Below, in pieces: positions 35,505 through 44,464 of a DNA stretch of 51,918 bases; positions within the stretch are counted from its first letter, which is position 1, and every line of letters begins with the position of its first letter. Where the stretch lies: NCBI GenBank assembly GCA_964510165.1, contig CAZEBC010000001.1, forward strand, positions 29,307-81,224, in the 5' to 3' direction. This DNA is from an uncultured bacterium. Its GTDB lineage: Bacteria; Abyssobacteria; SURF-5. The notes under the pieces were generated by a model. It ran no database searches. It was not told the origin of the DNA and was given only the letters and a program-made list of their open reading frames with translations. A program made the position numbers and the translations under genes.

Positions 35505-37534
35505 TTCGATGCTCCGGAATTCAACGGAACCTTCACTCTGTAGGTGCTCCCTTTGCCTTTGCGCGGCCTTACCTCAATTTCGCCGCCGCACCCTTGAATG
35601 ATATTGTAGACCATGTAGAGGCCAAGCCCCTTCGGCACCAGCCCCTTGGCCACCGCGCTCGGCAGAAACAACTCGTTCCCTTCCATGCGGGTGTGCCTCT
35701 GGCCCGTGTTCGAGAACTCGATGTGCACGAAGGGATCGCGGTGGCGAGTGGCAACCGTGAGCGTCCCGCCTTCGGGCATCTCCGATGCCGCCAGCCTGAG
35801 CAGACTGGCAAACACCATCTTCATCTGGCTGGGAACAACCCGCACATCCGGAAGCGAAGCGTCCAGTTTCAGCTCCGTCTCGATCCGCGCCTGCTCCAGC
35901 GCCTCCCACATCGATTCCACCGAATTCTCCACAAGAAGATTCAACGGGGTATCCTTCGGCGCTTCCGAACAAGCCTCGGAGAAATGCAGCAACTGGTCAA
36001 TGATCTTGGTGATGCGATCTATCTCTTCCGATATCACTCCGAGTTCTTCTTGTCTCGCGTTCTCCGAAGCGAGCCGGTCCGAAAGTATCCTCACATAATT
36101 CTTGATTATGCCCAGAGGGTCCTTCATCTCATGGGCTACTACCCCCGCCAGCCGCGAAGCTGAAACCGGCGAATGAACCTCCAGCAGACGCGCCCGCGCA
36201 TGCTGACATTCCGAATGCACTCGCGCGTGTTCCAGAGCGACGGCGGCAAAGCTCGAAACCACGGTCATCAGGTCGAGGTCTTTCTTCGTGAACTGCCCAC
36301 CGACCTTGTTTATCAGTTCTATAACGCCTACCACGGAGTCCCGTGTTTTCATGGGAACCGCCAGTATCGATTTGGTCTTGAAGCCCGTCGCTCGCTCGAC
36401 CTCGGGGTAATAGCGCCGGTCTTTATGCGCGTCGCGGACGATGGCCCCCGTGCCGTGTTCGGCCACCCACCCGGCGACACCCTGTCCTACCTTCAAGCGG
36501 AACGGTTTTACATATTCCGCTTTCTCGCCCAAAGCCACCATGAACACAAGCTCGCCATCCTCGACCTTCAACACGGACCCCGCTTCGGCTTTCACCACGC
36601 GGCTTACACCCTTGAGTATGCTGGCGAGCACGGCCTCAATATTAAGGCCCGCGAACGTTATGACTTGCGCGATTTCGTTCACCAGTTGCAGGCGCCGGGC
36701 CTTCTCTTTTATGCTCTCCTCAAAATGCTTTCGTTCTTTGATATCCCGCATGATGGCGAGGATGTGTCTCACCCCGTCCACCGTAATCGCGCTCGCGCTT
36801 ATGTCCACCGGAATCGGCTCGCCCTTCTTCGATAGGATCGACAGGTCGTCAAAGCGGACCGCGCCTTTCTCGATGGTCGCGTTTGCCCGTTCCAACGCAA
36901 GATTCAGGTCAAACACCGACACCAACGAATTGAAACCCATCCCTTTGAGTTCAGCCTCCGAGTAGCCAGTCAGATCGCATGCCGCCTTGTTCACCTCTAC
37001 GAACAGCCCCGAGTCAAAACTCACCAGGAAGATGGCGTCGTTCGCAATGTCAAGCAGGCGGGCGTACTTGTTGTGGGAGCGGGAGGCCGACTCCTTTCGT
37101 CGCTTCAGGTCGTCCTGTACCACCTGAAGCATCAGGTCGTGCATCCTGTCGTGGAGCGCATCTGTAAATCTTTCGACCTTCTTCCCCTTTCCTGCATATG
37201 TTTTCCGAACCGACGCGGTCAGAGATTTCAACAAGAGTATTTGCGCCTGCTGGATATCGGGCGGCGAGAATGATTCAAGATACTTTCGCTGGACTTGGGT
37301 TAACCGAATCTTGCGCGTCCTTCCTGTTGAGGCGGGAGAAGACAAAGCAGAAACGAGCGAATCGTAGATGCTCGCGGCGCCCTCGAACAACTCGTCCGAG
37401 GAGGTGGAAGGAGGCAGTTTCTTACGAATGGAGGGTTTCGACAGTAAACTTGCTATCCAGTTCTTGAGGACCGATTCCTTGTTCGCCCGCAGGAACCTGG
37501 CCAACTCGTTTGGATAGCTCTCGCGAGGGCCCAT
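35501..37534 (-). CDS. cytoplasmic sensor histidine kinase (PAS, GAF, HisKA, HATPase_c)
   Basis: No TM segment. PAS (LLDIANDAIFLVSFDSGLFVEVNKAACDLTGYSEAEL), GAF (GVAGWVAEHGTGAIVRDAHKD...SILAVPMKTRDSVVGVIELINK), H-box VAHEMKDPLGIIKNY, G-box PKGLGLYMVYNII. Confidence 0.9.
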   Translation of the reverse strand: MGPRESYPNELARFLRANKESVLKNWIASLLSKPSIRKKLPPSTSSDELFEGAASIYDSLVSALSSPASTGRTRKIRLTQVQRKYLESFSPPDIQQAQILLLKSLTASVRKTYAGKGKKVERFTDALHDRMHDLMLQVVQDDLKRRKESASRSHNKYARLLDIANDAIFLVSFDSGLFVEVNKAACDLTGYSEAELKGMGFNSLVSVFDLNLALERANATIEKGAVRFDDLSILSKKGEPIPVDISASAITVDGVRHILAIMRDIKERKHFEESIKEKARRLQLVNEIAQVITFAGLNIEAVLASILKGVSRVVKAEAGSVLKVEDGELVFMVALGEKAEYVKPFRLKVGQGVAGWVAEHGTGAIVRDAHKDRRYYPEVERATGFKTKSILAVPMKTRDSVVGVIELINKVGGQFTKKDLDLMTVVSSFAAVALEHARVHSECQHARARLLEVHSPVSASRLAGVVAHEMKDPLGIIKNYVRILSDRLASENARQEELGVISEEIDRITKIIDQLLHFSEACSEAPKDTPLNLLVENSVESMWEALEQARIETELKLDASLPDVRVVPSQMKMVFASLLRLAASEMPEGGTLTVATRHRDPFVHIEFSNTGQRHTRMEGNELFLPSAVAKGLVPKGLGLYMVYNIIQGCGGEIEVRPRKGKGSTYRVKVPLNSGASK

Positions 37535-37610
37535 TCACCGCCAGTCCTTTCGCTATCCAACGGGCAGTCCAACCAGCCGAAGTGCCAGCCTCTTCACTGG
37601 TTCAGCTCAT

Positions 37611-37639
37611 ATTATAATTGGACCAATATCAAATTGCAA
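37611..37639 (-). promoter_or_regulatory. sigma70-type promoter of the 4-gene two-component operon
   Basis: The minus strand reads TTGCAA (37639-37634), tttgatattggtccaat (17 nt), then TATAAT (37616-37611), about 75 nt upstream of ATG 37534. Confidence 0.55.
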
Positions 37640-37691
37640 CAAGTTTTCCGGCGCCCGGCTCCGGCACCCTCCGCGCGAACGCCGGACCCCT

Positions 37692-38123
37692 TCAGAAATT
37701 GCGCCGCTCCTCCGCGTAGAGGATGCGATAGACTACGTCCTCTGCCCTCTTCTGTTCCAATATCTCGCTGAACTCGCCCGGTTCCAAACTGAACACGACC
37801 TCCTCGAGGTCGGTCGATAATATCCCCCTGCCGACCCATCCCATGTCACCGCCGTCCCGCGCGCTGTCCGCTTCGGACCTGCTCCTGGCGAGTTGCTCAA
37901 AACTGGCGCCCTTCTTCAGAAGGGCATGAATCTCTTCAATTCTATCTCTTGCTCGCTTCACGTCCTCAGGGTCCGACAAGTTTCCCTTCACCGCTATCAC
38001 GCGCACCTTTACTTCCGGCTTACGCTGCGGTCCCGGACCCCATAGGGCGAGAGCACCCCCAATCAGAAACATCGCGACAATCGCCATCCACAACGTTTTC
38101 GTCGTACGCATCTCAGTTCCCAC
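37692..38123 (-). CDS. PpiC/parvulin-type peptidyl-prolyl isomerase with N-terminal membrane anchor
   Basis: TM helix LWMAIVAMFLIGGALALW. Rotamase motif FEQLARSRSEADSARDGGDMGWVGRGILSTDLEEVVFSLEPGEFSEILE. The track start 38123 is GTG; ATG 38111 is an alternative. Confidence 0.8.
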   Translation of the reverse strand: MGTEMRTTKTLWMAIVAMFLIGGALALWGPGPQRKPEVKVRVIAVKGNLSDPEDVKRARDRIEEIHALLKKGASFEQLARSRSEADSARDGGDMGWVGRGILSTDLEEVVFSLEPGEFSEILEQKRAEDVVYRILYAEERRNF

Positions 38124-38172
38124 TGATTCCTTATACCGCCCTCCGAAAAATCAACCTGCATTCTCCCAAAAA

Positions 38173-38201
38173 ATCCTAACACAGAACAAGCCCGTTTTCA
38201 A
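38173..38201 (-). promoter_or_regulatory. possible promoter of the PPIase gene
   Basis: The minus strand reads TTGAAA (38201-38196), a 17-nt spacer, then TAGGAT (38178-38173). Divergent from the HEAT-gene promoter. Confidence 0.35.
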
Positions 38202-38224
38202 GGTAAAACAAACGACAAAGCCCG

Positions 38225-38253
38225 TTGACAGTCATGAGGCGCTGTGTTAGAAT
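38225..38253 (+). promoter_or_regulatory. sigma70-type promoter (extended -10) of the HEAT-repeat/DUF1573 genes
   Basis: TTGACA (38225-38230), a 17-nt spacer ending in TGT, then TAGAAT (38248-38253). It lies inside the 5' end of track ORF 38225.., which argues for the downstream ATG 38288. Confidence 0.55.
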
Positions 38254-38287
38254 TTGTATGGTTGATCCGCGTGCCGGGGATAGCGAA

Positions 38288-39046
38288 ATGTCAAATTTCT
38301 CGCAAAAGCTGATTATAGCGGTCACCGCCGTCCTCATCGTCTCGTCCGGATTATGGTACCTGAACCGGCGGTGGGCCGCGCAGGACCCGACTCAGATGAA
38401 GGTTGACCCCGATGTGGAACTCCGCATTCGGGAACTTCTGGAGCAATCGAAAACAGCCAGGTATTATGAAAACGCTTCGATGCTCGTCGAAATTAACGAC
38501 ATGGGCCGTCAGGCCATCCCCGTGCTGCTCCAGGCGCTTAATGATGACGACCCTCGTGTTCGCGCGTTCGCGGTCAACGCGCTCCAATACTCGGATAGTA
38601 TCTATGTGATCCCGCATCTCCGGGGGCGGCTCGCCGACAACGACCCGATAGTGAGAAGAACTGCGCTTGCAGCCTTGGGTACCATGCAGGCCGTCGACGC
38701 CATTCCCGCCGTCATACTGGTGCTGGACGACTCCGACGACTTCACGCGGTGTCAGGCCGCCCTTGTCCTCGGAATCCTCGGCGAGGAAGGCGCCGTGCCG
38801 TCCCTCCTGGATACTCTCAGAGAAGACCCCTACCCCGTGGCGCGACAGACAGCGGCCAACTCTCTCGGCAAGATCGGCAGCGAAAAAGCCGTGCCCGCTT
38901 TGATCGACTCACTCCATGACAACGACTATCTTGTCCGGAGCGCCTCTCTTGTCGCCCTCAACGAGATAACCGACGCCGGGCTTGGACCAAATAAGGACGA
39001 CTGGATACGCTGGTGGAATCAGAAGCGCCATGAGCTTTCCCGGTAG
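38288..39046 (+). CDS. HEAT-repeat protein with N-terminal membrane anchor
   Basis: TM helix LIIAVTAVLIVSSGLWYL. Repeated units of the form A[IV]P.L...L.D.D..VR..A..AL (DDPRVRAFAVNAL, NDPIVRRTALAAL, SDDFTRCQAALVL, PYPVARQTAANSL, NDYLVRSASLVAL). Confidence 0.75.
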   Translation: MSNFSQKLIIAVTAVLIVSSGLWYLNRRWAAQDPTQMKVDPDVELRIRELLEQSKTARYYENASMLVEINDMGRQAIPVLLQALNDDDPRVRAFAVNALQYSDSIYVIPHLRGRLADNDPIVRRTALAALGTMQAVDAIPAVILVLDDSDDFTRCQAALVLGILGEEGAVPSLLDTLREDPYPVARQTAANSLGKIGSEKAVPALIDSLHDNDYLVRSASLVALNEITDAGLGPNKDDWIRWWNQKRHELSR

Positions 39047-40466
39047 ACGCAGCGACGCCTGCACTAACACGATATTCTGCCATTCGCAAATCTCTCGCCC
39101 GACCCGAATCCTCAACACGCTCTTTCTTGTTCTTGTCGCTTTCTTTTTCCTTTCCTGCTCCCCGCAGACCTCAGACAATTCCCCGCTGTCCATAAAACCG
39201 GCAGCCGCTGATTTCGGCGTCATACAGGCAAACGACCCGATAGCGTTCCGGGACGTCTCGCTCACCGTCAAGAATCTCACCCGCGACACCGTGACCATCA
39301 GCGCCGTCGAGCTTCCCGACGGCTTTTCCAGCCGATGGATTCCGCGCAATGTCCTCCCTGGCGGAACGCAAGCAACCCTCAAGATAACAATGGACACCCG
39401 CAATTTCACGGGCGATATTCAGCAGGTCGGATACCTCTTCCTGGACGGCGCAGACCCCTCAAGCGTCCCCCTGCCGCTCCGCGCCAGCGTGGTCGGCGCA
39501 CGCGGCGCAGTCCCCCCCTCGGATGCTCCCGATATCAGCTTCGACCAGAAAACCGCGGACTTGGGCGTCCTGAGGCGGGACCAGGTCATCGAACACAGCT
39601 TCACATTCAAGAACCTGGGCCAAAAACCGCTCAAAATCCTGAGCGTCAAGACCATGTGCTCCTGCCTCAGCGGACGACCCGCCGACATCGAGATTCCTCC
39701 CGGCGCAACTTCCACAATCGTGGCACGGATGGAAGCCTTCAATTACGAAGGAAACCGCCCGTGGAAATCATTGTTCGTCGAAACAAACGATCCCGATGAA
39801 CCGATCACGAATCTGACCGTCTCCGCCGAGATCGTTGACCCGTTCTTTCTTGACCCGAAAACCGTACTCTTGCCCAACATCCGACAGGGAGAACCCGCAT
39901 CCGCCCGGGTGAAACTGATCCAGAGAGAGCAGACAAAACTGCTCATTGACGAAATCGCCGCTTCCTCTACTCTCATCTCGGTTCAAGCATCCCCCCTCGA
40001 GGATGAACTGCAAGGATACCTCCTCAACGTCATCGTTTCTCCCCAGATGCCCTCCGGCAAGTTCGATGAAGTCGTCACAATCTATACGAGCTATGAGGGG
40101 GCCGCCCAAGAGCCGGAATCGCAACGCTCAAGATTATTACTGTACGTGAAAGGAGAGGTCTCCGGAGATATCTCGGTGTCACCCCGTACCATCAACTTCG
40201 GCCCCTCCCCGCCCGGGAAGCCGCTCCGCCGAAAGGTCACCCTCTCCAGCGCCACAGCCGACTTCCAGATCGCTTCGGTCTCTCTCAAGGACCCCGCGTT
40301 TCGCGCCACCTATACTCCCTTGGGCGGAAAAAATAGGTATGAAGTCACCGTCGAGTTCTCGCCTTCATTGCCCGAGCGACAGATTGAGGATGCCTTGACA
40401 GTCACGACGACACTCACCAACGTCGTCGTGCCGGTCTACGCCGCCGTCCAGGCCCCTCAAGACTGA
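39030..40466 (+). CDS. DUF1573-repeat lipoprotein
   Basis: Lipobox FFFLSC-S. Repeated modules DFGV(I/L)...(F/V)..(F/V)KNL(T/G)..P(L/V).I, e.g. ADLGVLRRDQVIEHSFTFKNLGQKPLKILSVKTMCSC, typical of DUF1573. The start is uncertain; ATG 39030 overlaps the end of the HEAT gene by 17 nt. Confidence 0.72.
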   Translation: MSFPGRRSDACTNTIFCHSQISRPTRILNTLFLVLVAFFFLSCSPQTSDNSPLSIKPAAADFGVIQANDPIAFRDVSLTVKNLTRDTVTISAVELPDGFSSRWIPRNVLPGGTQATLKITMDTRNFTGDIQQVGYLFLDGADPSSVPLPLRASVVGARGAVPPSDAPDISFDQKTADLGVLRRDQVIEHSFTFKNLGQKPLKILSVKTMCSCLSGRPADIEIPPGATSTIVARMEAFNYEGNRPWKSLFVETNDPDEPITNLTVSAEIVDPFFLDPKTVLLPNIRQGEPASARVKLIQREQTKLLIDEIAASSTLISVQASPLEDELQGYLLNVIVSPQMPSGKFDEVVTIYTSYEGAAQEPESQRSRLLLYVKGEVSGDISVSPRTINFGPSPPGKPLRRKVTLSSATADFQIASVSLKDPAFRATYTPLGGKNRYEVTVEFSPSLPERQIEDALTVTTTLTNVVVPVYAAVQAPQD

Positions 40467-40561
40467 ACACACCCCGGCGAACATTCCTCCTCCGGCCTGT
40501 CTTTCTGAACCCGCAATCGGCATTCCGGAATCTCCGACCCGCGATTGTCAAAAAAGGGGGC

Positions 40562-40590
40562 TTGACAACTCTTGGGGCATGTGATATATT
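40562..40590 (+). promoter_or_regulatory. sigma70-type promoter (extended -10) of the TPP-enzyme gene
   Basis: TTGACA (40562-40567), a 17-nt spacer ending in TGA, then TATATT (40585-40590). Confidence 0.55.
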
Positions 40591-40678
40591 CTTGCCCGCA
40601 TGGTTGACTGACTGGCCAATTTAAATTCCTTACCCCGTTCAGGCCATTGTCGCGCCTCGCCGCTATATGGGGGTAGAT

Positions 40679-42394
40679 ATGAACAAAGCTACACGCAGTC
40701 TCACCTCTACCTCAGGAGCGCGGGCGCTTATCGCGTGCCTCGAAGCTGCGGCCATCCGCCGTATCTACGGAATCATCGGGACCTCCAACGTCGAATTCGT
40801 TGACGCGCTCTACGACAAGCGCGACAGCATCCGATACATCACCACGCGCCACGAACAGGTCGCCACAAGCATGGCCGACACCGAAGCGCGTCTGACCGGC
40901 AAACCCGGCGTCTGCCTGGTTCATTCCGGACCCGGCGCCCTCAACGCCATGCTCGGCGCCGCTGCCGCATACAAGGACTGCTCCCCGCTCATCATCATCG
41001 CGGGCGCCGTCAGAACCGCGCTCCGAGGCGCTGACGGCATGCTCGAACTCGACCAATGCAGGGTATTCGAGCCGGTCTGCAAGGCCGTTTATCGCCTCGA
41101 AAACGTGGCGAGCATCCCCCAAATCTTCTCCAACGCCTATCGCATCGCCATGACGCCGGCCAGAGGTCCCGTCCTCATCGAAGTGCCCGACAACCTCTGG
41201 GTGACCGAAGGCGAGGCCGACCTCGATTTTCTCGACCTTACGCCGCCGCCCCCAAAGCCGGCCGACCCGGCCGCCGTCCGGCAGGTCTTCACGCTCTTCA
41301 AGAATTCCAAGCGGGTACTCGCGCTCGCGGGCGCTGGGGTTGCCGACGCCGATGCGGTCGGCGACCTTCGCCGGCTTGCCGAAGACTACAATGTGCCCGT
41401 GGCAACCACCGGCAACGGAAGGGGAGTGCTGCCCGAGACGCACCCGCTCTGTCTCGGACGTGCGGGGTTCGCGGGCGGAAACCCCGTTGCCGACGCCGGC
41501 ATGGAACAAGCCGACCTTATCCTCGCGCTCGGATGCTGCCTGTCCGACCTGACAACTTACGAATTCACCGCCCAATTCCCGGGCAAAGTCGTCGTCGTCA
41601 ACGCCGCCGAAAACGCGCTCGCCTCGCTCCCGAAATCCTATCGCGTGGACCTGCTTTCACTCAACGCCGACGCCGGCGATTTCCTGGATAAATTCCTCAA
41701 GCTGCTAGCCGCCGAACCCGTCCGCAGACCAGCCGACTGGATGGACTCGCTCCTGCCCGTCAAGGAAGAGTGGGAAGCTCAACTTGCGGCCGCCGCCTCG
41801 TCCGACAAAACGCCGCTCTCACCGGGACGGGTGTTGAAAATCCTCTCCGACATTGCGCCTGAGGACACTGTTTTTGTGGGCGGCGCCGGCCTCAATGCGG
41901 TCTATTTCTGTGACTTCATAAGAGTTCAGACCCCTAGGGGATACATCGCCCCAAACAACTTCGGGGCGATGGGATTCGGCTTCGGGGCATCGCTCGCCGC
42001 CAAAATCGTCAAGCCCGACAGACCGGTGATCTGCGTGATCGGCGACGGTGATTTCATGATGACCGTGCAGGATATCGAGACCGGCGTCCGGGAGGGCATC
42101 GTCGTTGCAGTCGTTATTCTCAACGACAACTCCTATCGCGCGCTCCGCTACATCCAGAGCCTTCTGCATGACAGAAGAATCTACGGAACCGAGTACAACA
42201 ACCCTGACTTCGTGAAACTTGCCGAGAGCTTCGGAGCGGCCGGATTCCTCATCGAAACGCCCGACCAGATCGAGCCGGTCCTCAAACGGGCGCTCTCGTG
42301 CGGAAAATTGGCTATCGTTGATGCCCGCGTCGATGTCGAGGACGTCGTGCCAACCAATATGCGGGCAATTCTCAAAATGCGAGGCCTCGCATAG
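40679..42394 (+). CDS. thiamine-diphosphate-dependent enzyme (acetolactate synthase / oxalyl-CoA decarboxylase / 2-hydroxyacyl-CoA lyase superfamily)
   Basis: N-terminal PYR domain (YGIIGTSNVEFVDAL...RHEQVATSMADTEARLTGKPGVCLVHSGPGALN) and C-terminal TPP motif GDGDFMMTVQDIET-x11-VILNDNSY. Subfamily not resolvable by eye. Confidence 0.85.
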   Translation: MNKATRSLTSTSGARALIACLEAAAIRRIYGIIGTSNVEFVDALYDKRDSIRYITTRHEQVATSMADTEARLTGKPGVCLVHSGPGALNAMLGAAAAYKDCSPLIIIAGAVRTALRGADGMLELDQCRVFEPVCKAVYRLENVASIPQIFSNAYRIAMTPARGPVLIEVPDNLWVTEGEADLDFLDLTPPPPKPADPAAVRQVFTLFKNSKRVLALAGAGVADADAVGDLRRLAEDYNVPVATTGNGRGVLPETHPLCLGRAGFAGGNPVADAGMEQADLILALGCCLSDLTTYEFTAQFPGKVVVVNAAENALASLPKSYRVDLLSLNADAGDFLDKFLKLLAAEPVRRPADWMDSLLPVKEEWEAQLAAAASSDKTPLSPGRVLKILSDIAPEDTVFVGGAGLNAVYFCDFIRVQTPRGYIAPNNFGAMGFGFGASLAAKIVKPDRPVICVIGDGDFMMTVQDIETGVREGIVVAVVILNDNSYRALRYIQSLLHDRRIYGTEYNNPDFVKLAESFGAAGFLIETPDQIEPVLKRALSCGKLAIVDARVDVEDVVPTNMRAILKMRGLA

Positions 42395-42659
42395 CGCAGA
42401 AATAGATTACGAAACACGGAATACTCAGCACGAAACACGCAACAGGGAACACGCGGCAGCGGTATTGACGTGACGGGGAGGATTCGCTCGGCTTAATCGA
42501 AACCTCAATCGCGATCGAGAGCGGTTTCCGCAAGGACACATAAGTCCTCTGCGGCGCACAAGCGACAGCACATGAGACATCCCTTCGGCTCGGCCCGAAG
42601 GCCGGAACGGTTTTCCTCCCCGTCCGTTCCTCTAACGAGAGTGACAGCGGAATAAACCT

Positions 42660-43832
42660 GTGGCCACATTGCTTGAAGGCGTAAGAATACTCGACCTCAC
42701 CCGGCTGCTACCCGGCGGCTATTGCTCGATGCTCCTCGCCGACATGGGCGCCGATGTCCTCAAGGTCGAAGCGCCGGGCCAGGGTGACTACATGCGCTGG
42801 AATCCGCCGCTCCTCAACAACATGAGCGCCCTGTTCGCGGCTATCAATCGCAACAAGCGAAGCATCACCCTCAACCTCAAGCACGAAGAAGGCAAGCAGA
42901 TTCTCAAGAAGCTCATCGTCGAGTTTGACGTGTTTATCGAGGGCAACCGGCCCGGCGTGATGGACCGGCTCGGCTTCGGATATGAAACCGTATCCAAAAT
43001 CAACCCTCGCATCGTTTATTGCTCCATCACCGGCTATGGACAGGACGGACCCTACCGCGACGCGGTCGGGCACGACGTCAACTACATCGGCATCGCGGGC
43101 GTGCTCGGAATGACGGGCCTCCGCGACGGCCCGCCCGTCATTCCCGCCGTCCAGATTGGCGACCTCGCAGGCGGCGCCATGTTTGCCGCCCTCGGCATCC
43201 TCGCCGCGCTCATCTCGCGCGCCAACACCGGCAAAGGCCGATATGTCGACGTCTCCATGGCCGACGGCCTCGTGAGCTGGCTCTCCATCCACGCAGCAAA
43301 GCATTTTGCCGACGGCGACCCGCTCATCCGCGGGCGCATGCGGCTCTCAGGTTCCTGCCCCTGTTATGGCGTCTATCGGACCAGCGACAACCGCTACATC
43401 ACCCTAGGCGCTCTTGAGGAGAAGTTCTGGGCGAATTTCTGCCGCGCCGTCGAGCGCGATGACCTCATTGACAGACAGTTCGAAGAGTCCGAAGACGCCA
43501 TCGGGCAGGTGGCCGATATTTTCAAGACCAGGACGCTCGATGAATGGCTCGAAACCCTGGCCCCATACGAAATCTGCGTCGGCCCGGTCAACAGCATCGA
43601 AGAGGTCATCAAAGACCCTCAGCTTCTGCACCGGCGCATGGTCATCCAGACCGAGCATCCGACGGAGGGAACAATCAGACAGATCGGGATGCCGCTCAAA
43701 TTCTCTGACGACCAGGAGCCGGTCGAGCGCATTCCCGCGCCGCTGCTCGGCGAGCACACGCGCGCCGTGCTCGGCCAGCTTGGCTATTCGGAGGAAGAGA
43801 TAAAGGCGCTGAAGGAATCCCGCGCCATATGA
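42660..43832 (+). CDS. family III CoA-transferase fold protein, alpha-methylacyl-CoA racemase-like
   Basis: GTG start. LEGVRILDLTRLLPGGYCSMLLADMGADVLKVE N-terminus. GYGQDGPYRDAVGHDVNYIGIAGVLG matches the GHD[IV]NY segment that I recall from AMACR/MCR and do not recall in CaiB or Frc. Confidence 0.85.
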   Translation: MATLLEGVRILDLTRLLPGGYCSMLLADMGADVLKVEAPGQGDYMRWNPPLLNNMSALFAAINRNKRSITLNLKHEEGKQILKKLIVEFDVFIEGNRPGVMDRLGFGYETVSKINPRIVYCSITGYGQDGPYRDAVGHDVNYIGIAGVLGMTGLRDGPPVIPAVQIGDLAGGAMFAALGILAALISRANTGKGRYVDVSMADGLVSWLSIHAAKHFADGDPLIRGRMRLSGSCPCYGVYRTSDNRYITLGALEEKFWANFCRAVERDDLIDRQFEESEDAIGQVADIFKTRTLDEWLETLAPYEICVGPVNSIEEVIKDPQLLHRRMVIQTEHPTEGTIRQIGMPLKFSDDQEPVERIPAPLLGEHTRAVLGQLGYSEEEIKALKESRAI

Positions 43833-43870
43833 CGGTCCGCCACGATCGAATTTGTCGGTACCGATACGTG

Positions 43871-43887
43871 ACTTTGTGGTGGCGCAC
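43871..43887. repeat. GGCGCA-CGGCA-TGCGCC hairpin, copy 1
   Basis: ggcgcacggcatgcgcc lies 39 nt after the CoA-transferase stop. A near-identical core gcgcacggcatgcgc occurs at 45259-45273, 9 nt after the crotonase stop. Confidence 0.55.
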
Positions 43888-44042
43888 GGCATGCGCCCAC
43901 ACCAATGACGTTGCACCGACGCTTGACAACGGGGTGTGAAAAGCGGGGAGGTCGAACCCGATACCCCGATTATCAAGTACCCGCGCGAGTGAATGGCTCA
44001 CAGCGGGCTTTATCTCAACAAGGCGAAAGGAGGTGAATCCGA

Positions 44043-44363
44043 ATGGCAGCGTCCGTAAAAGAGGCGTTCGCTCAAATGCCGCAGAACTTCAAGAGTGACA
44101 AAGCGGCAGGCATGAAGGCCGTCTATCAATGGGACATCACCGGTGAAGGCGGTGGCAAGTGGTATGCTGAGATCGCCGACCAGAAAATCAAAGTGTCGGA
44201 AGGTCAGCACGCATCCCCCAACATCACTATCACGGTCTCGGCGGCAGACTGGCTCGCCATCCTCAACGGAAAGCTCGACGGCCAGATGGCCTTCATGAGC
44301 GGCAAGCTCAAGGTCAAGGGCGACATGAGCTTGGCCATGAAACTCAAGACGTTGTTCCTCTAA
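44043..44363 (+). CDS. SCP2 sterol/lipid-binding domain protein
   Basis: AAAGGAGG RBS. ...DWLAILNGKLDGQMAFMSGKLKVKGDMSLAMKLKTLF is the canonical SCP2 C-terminal pattern. Confidence 0.85.
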   Translation: MAASVKEAFAQMPQNFKSDKAAGMKAVYQWDITGEGGGKWYAEIADQKIKVSEGQHASPNITITVSAADWLAILNGKLDGQMAFMSGKLKVKGDMSLAMKLKTLFL

Positions 44364-44425
44364 ACAACGCCCGAGCAGAGGGGAAGCCAAGAAGCTTCCC
44401 CTCTCGCTCACTCTCAGGCCCGTAG

Positions 44426-44443
44426 GTGCGAATTCATTGGCAC
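44426..44443. repeat. GTGCGAA-N4-TTCGCAC REP-like hairpin (degenerate copy)
   Basis: gtgcgaattcattggcac differs by one base from the reverse complement of 25437-25454. It supplies the spurious GTG start of track ORF 44426... Confidence 0.5.
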
Positions 44444-44464
44444 AACTATCCCCAGGAGCGCGCC

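Noticed and set aside
40679-43832. Oxalate catabolism pair (oxalyl-CoA decarboxylase Oxc plus formyl-CoA transferase Frc)
   Set aside because: The TPP enzyme could belong to the Oxc/HACL family. However, the second protein is about 390 aa and carries the AMACR-type GHDVNY segment, unlike what I recall of Frc (about 420-430 aa). No oxalate:formate antiporter-like gene is adjacent. The question is kept open under the alpha-oxidation-like hypothesis rather than called as oxc/frc.
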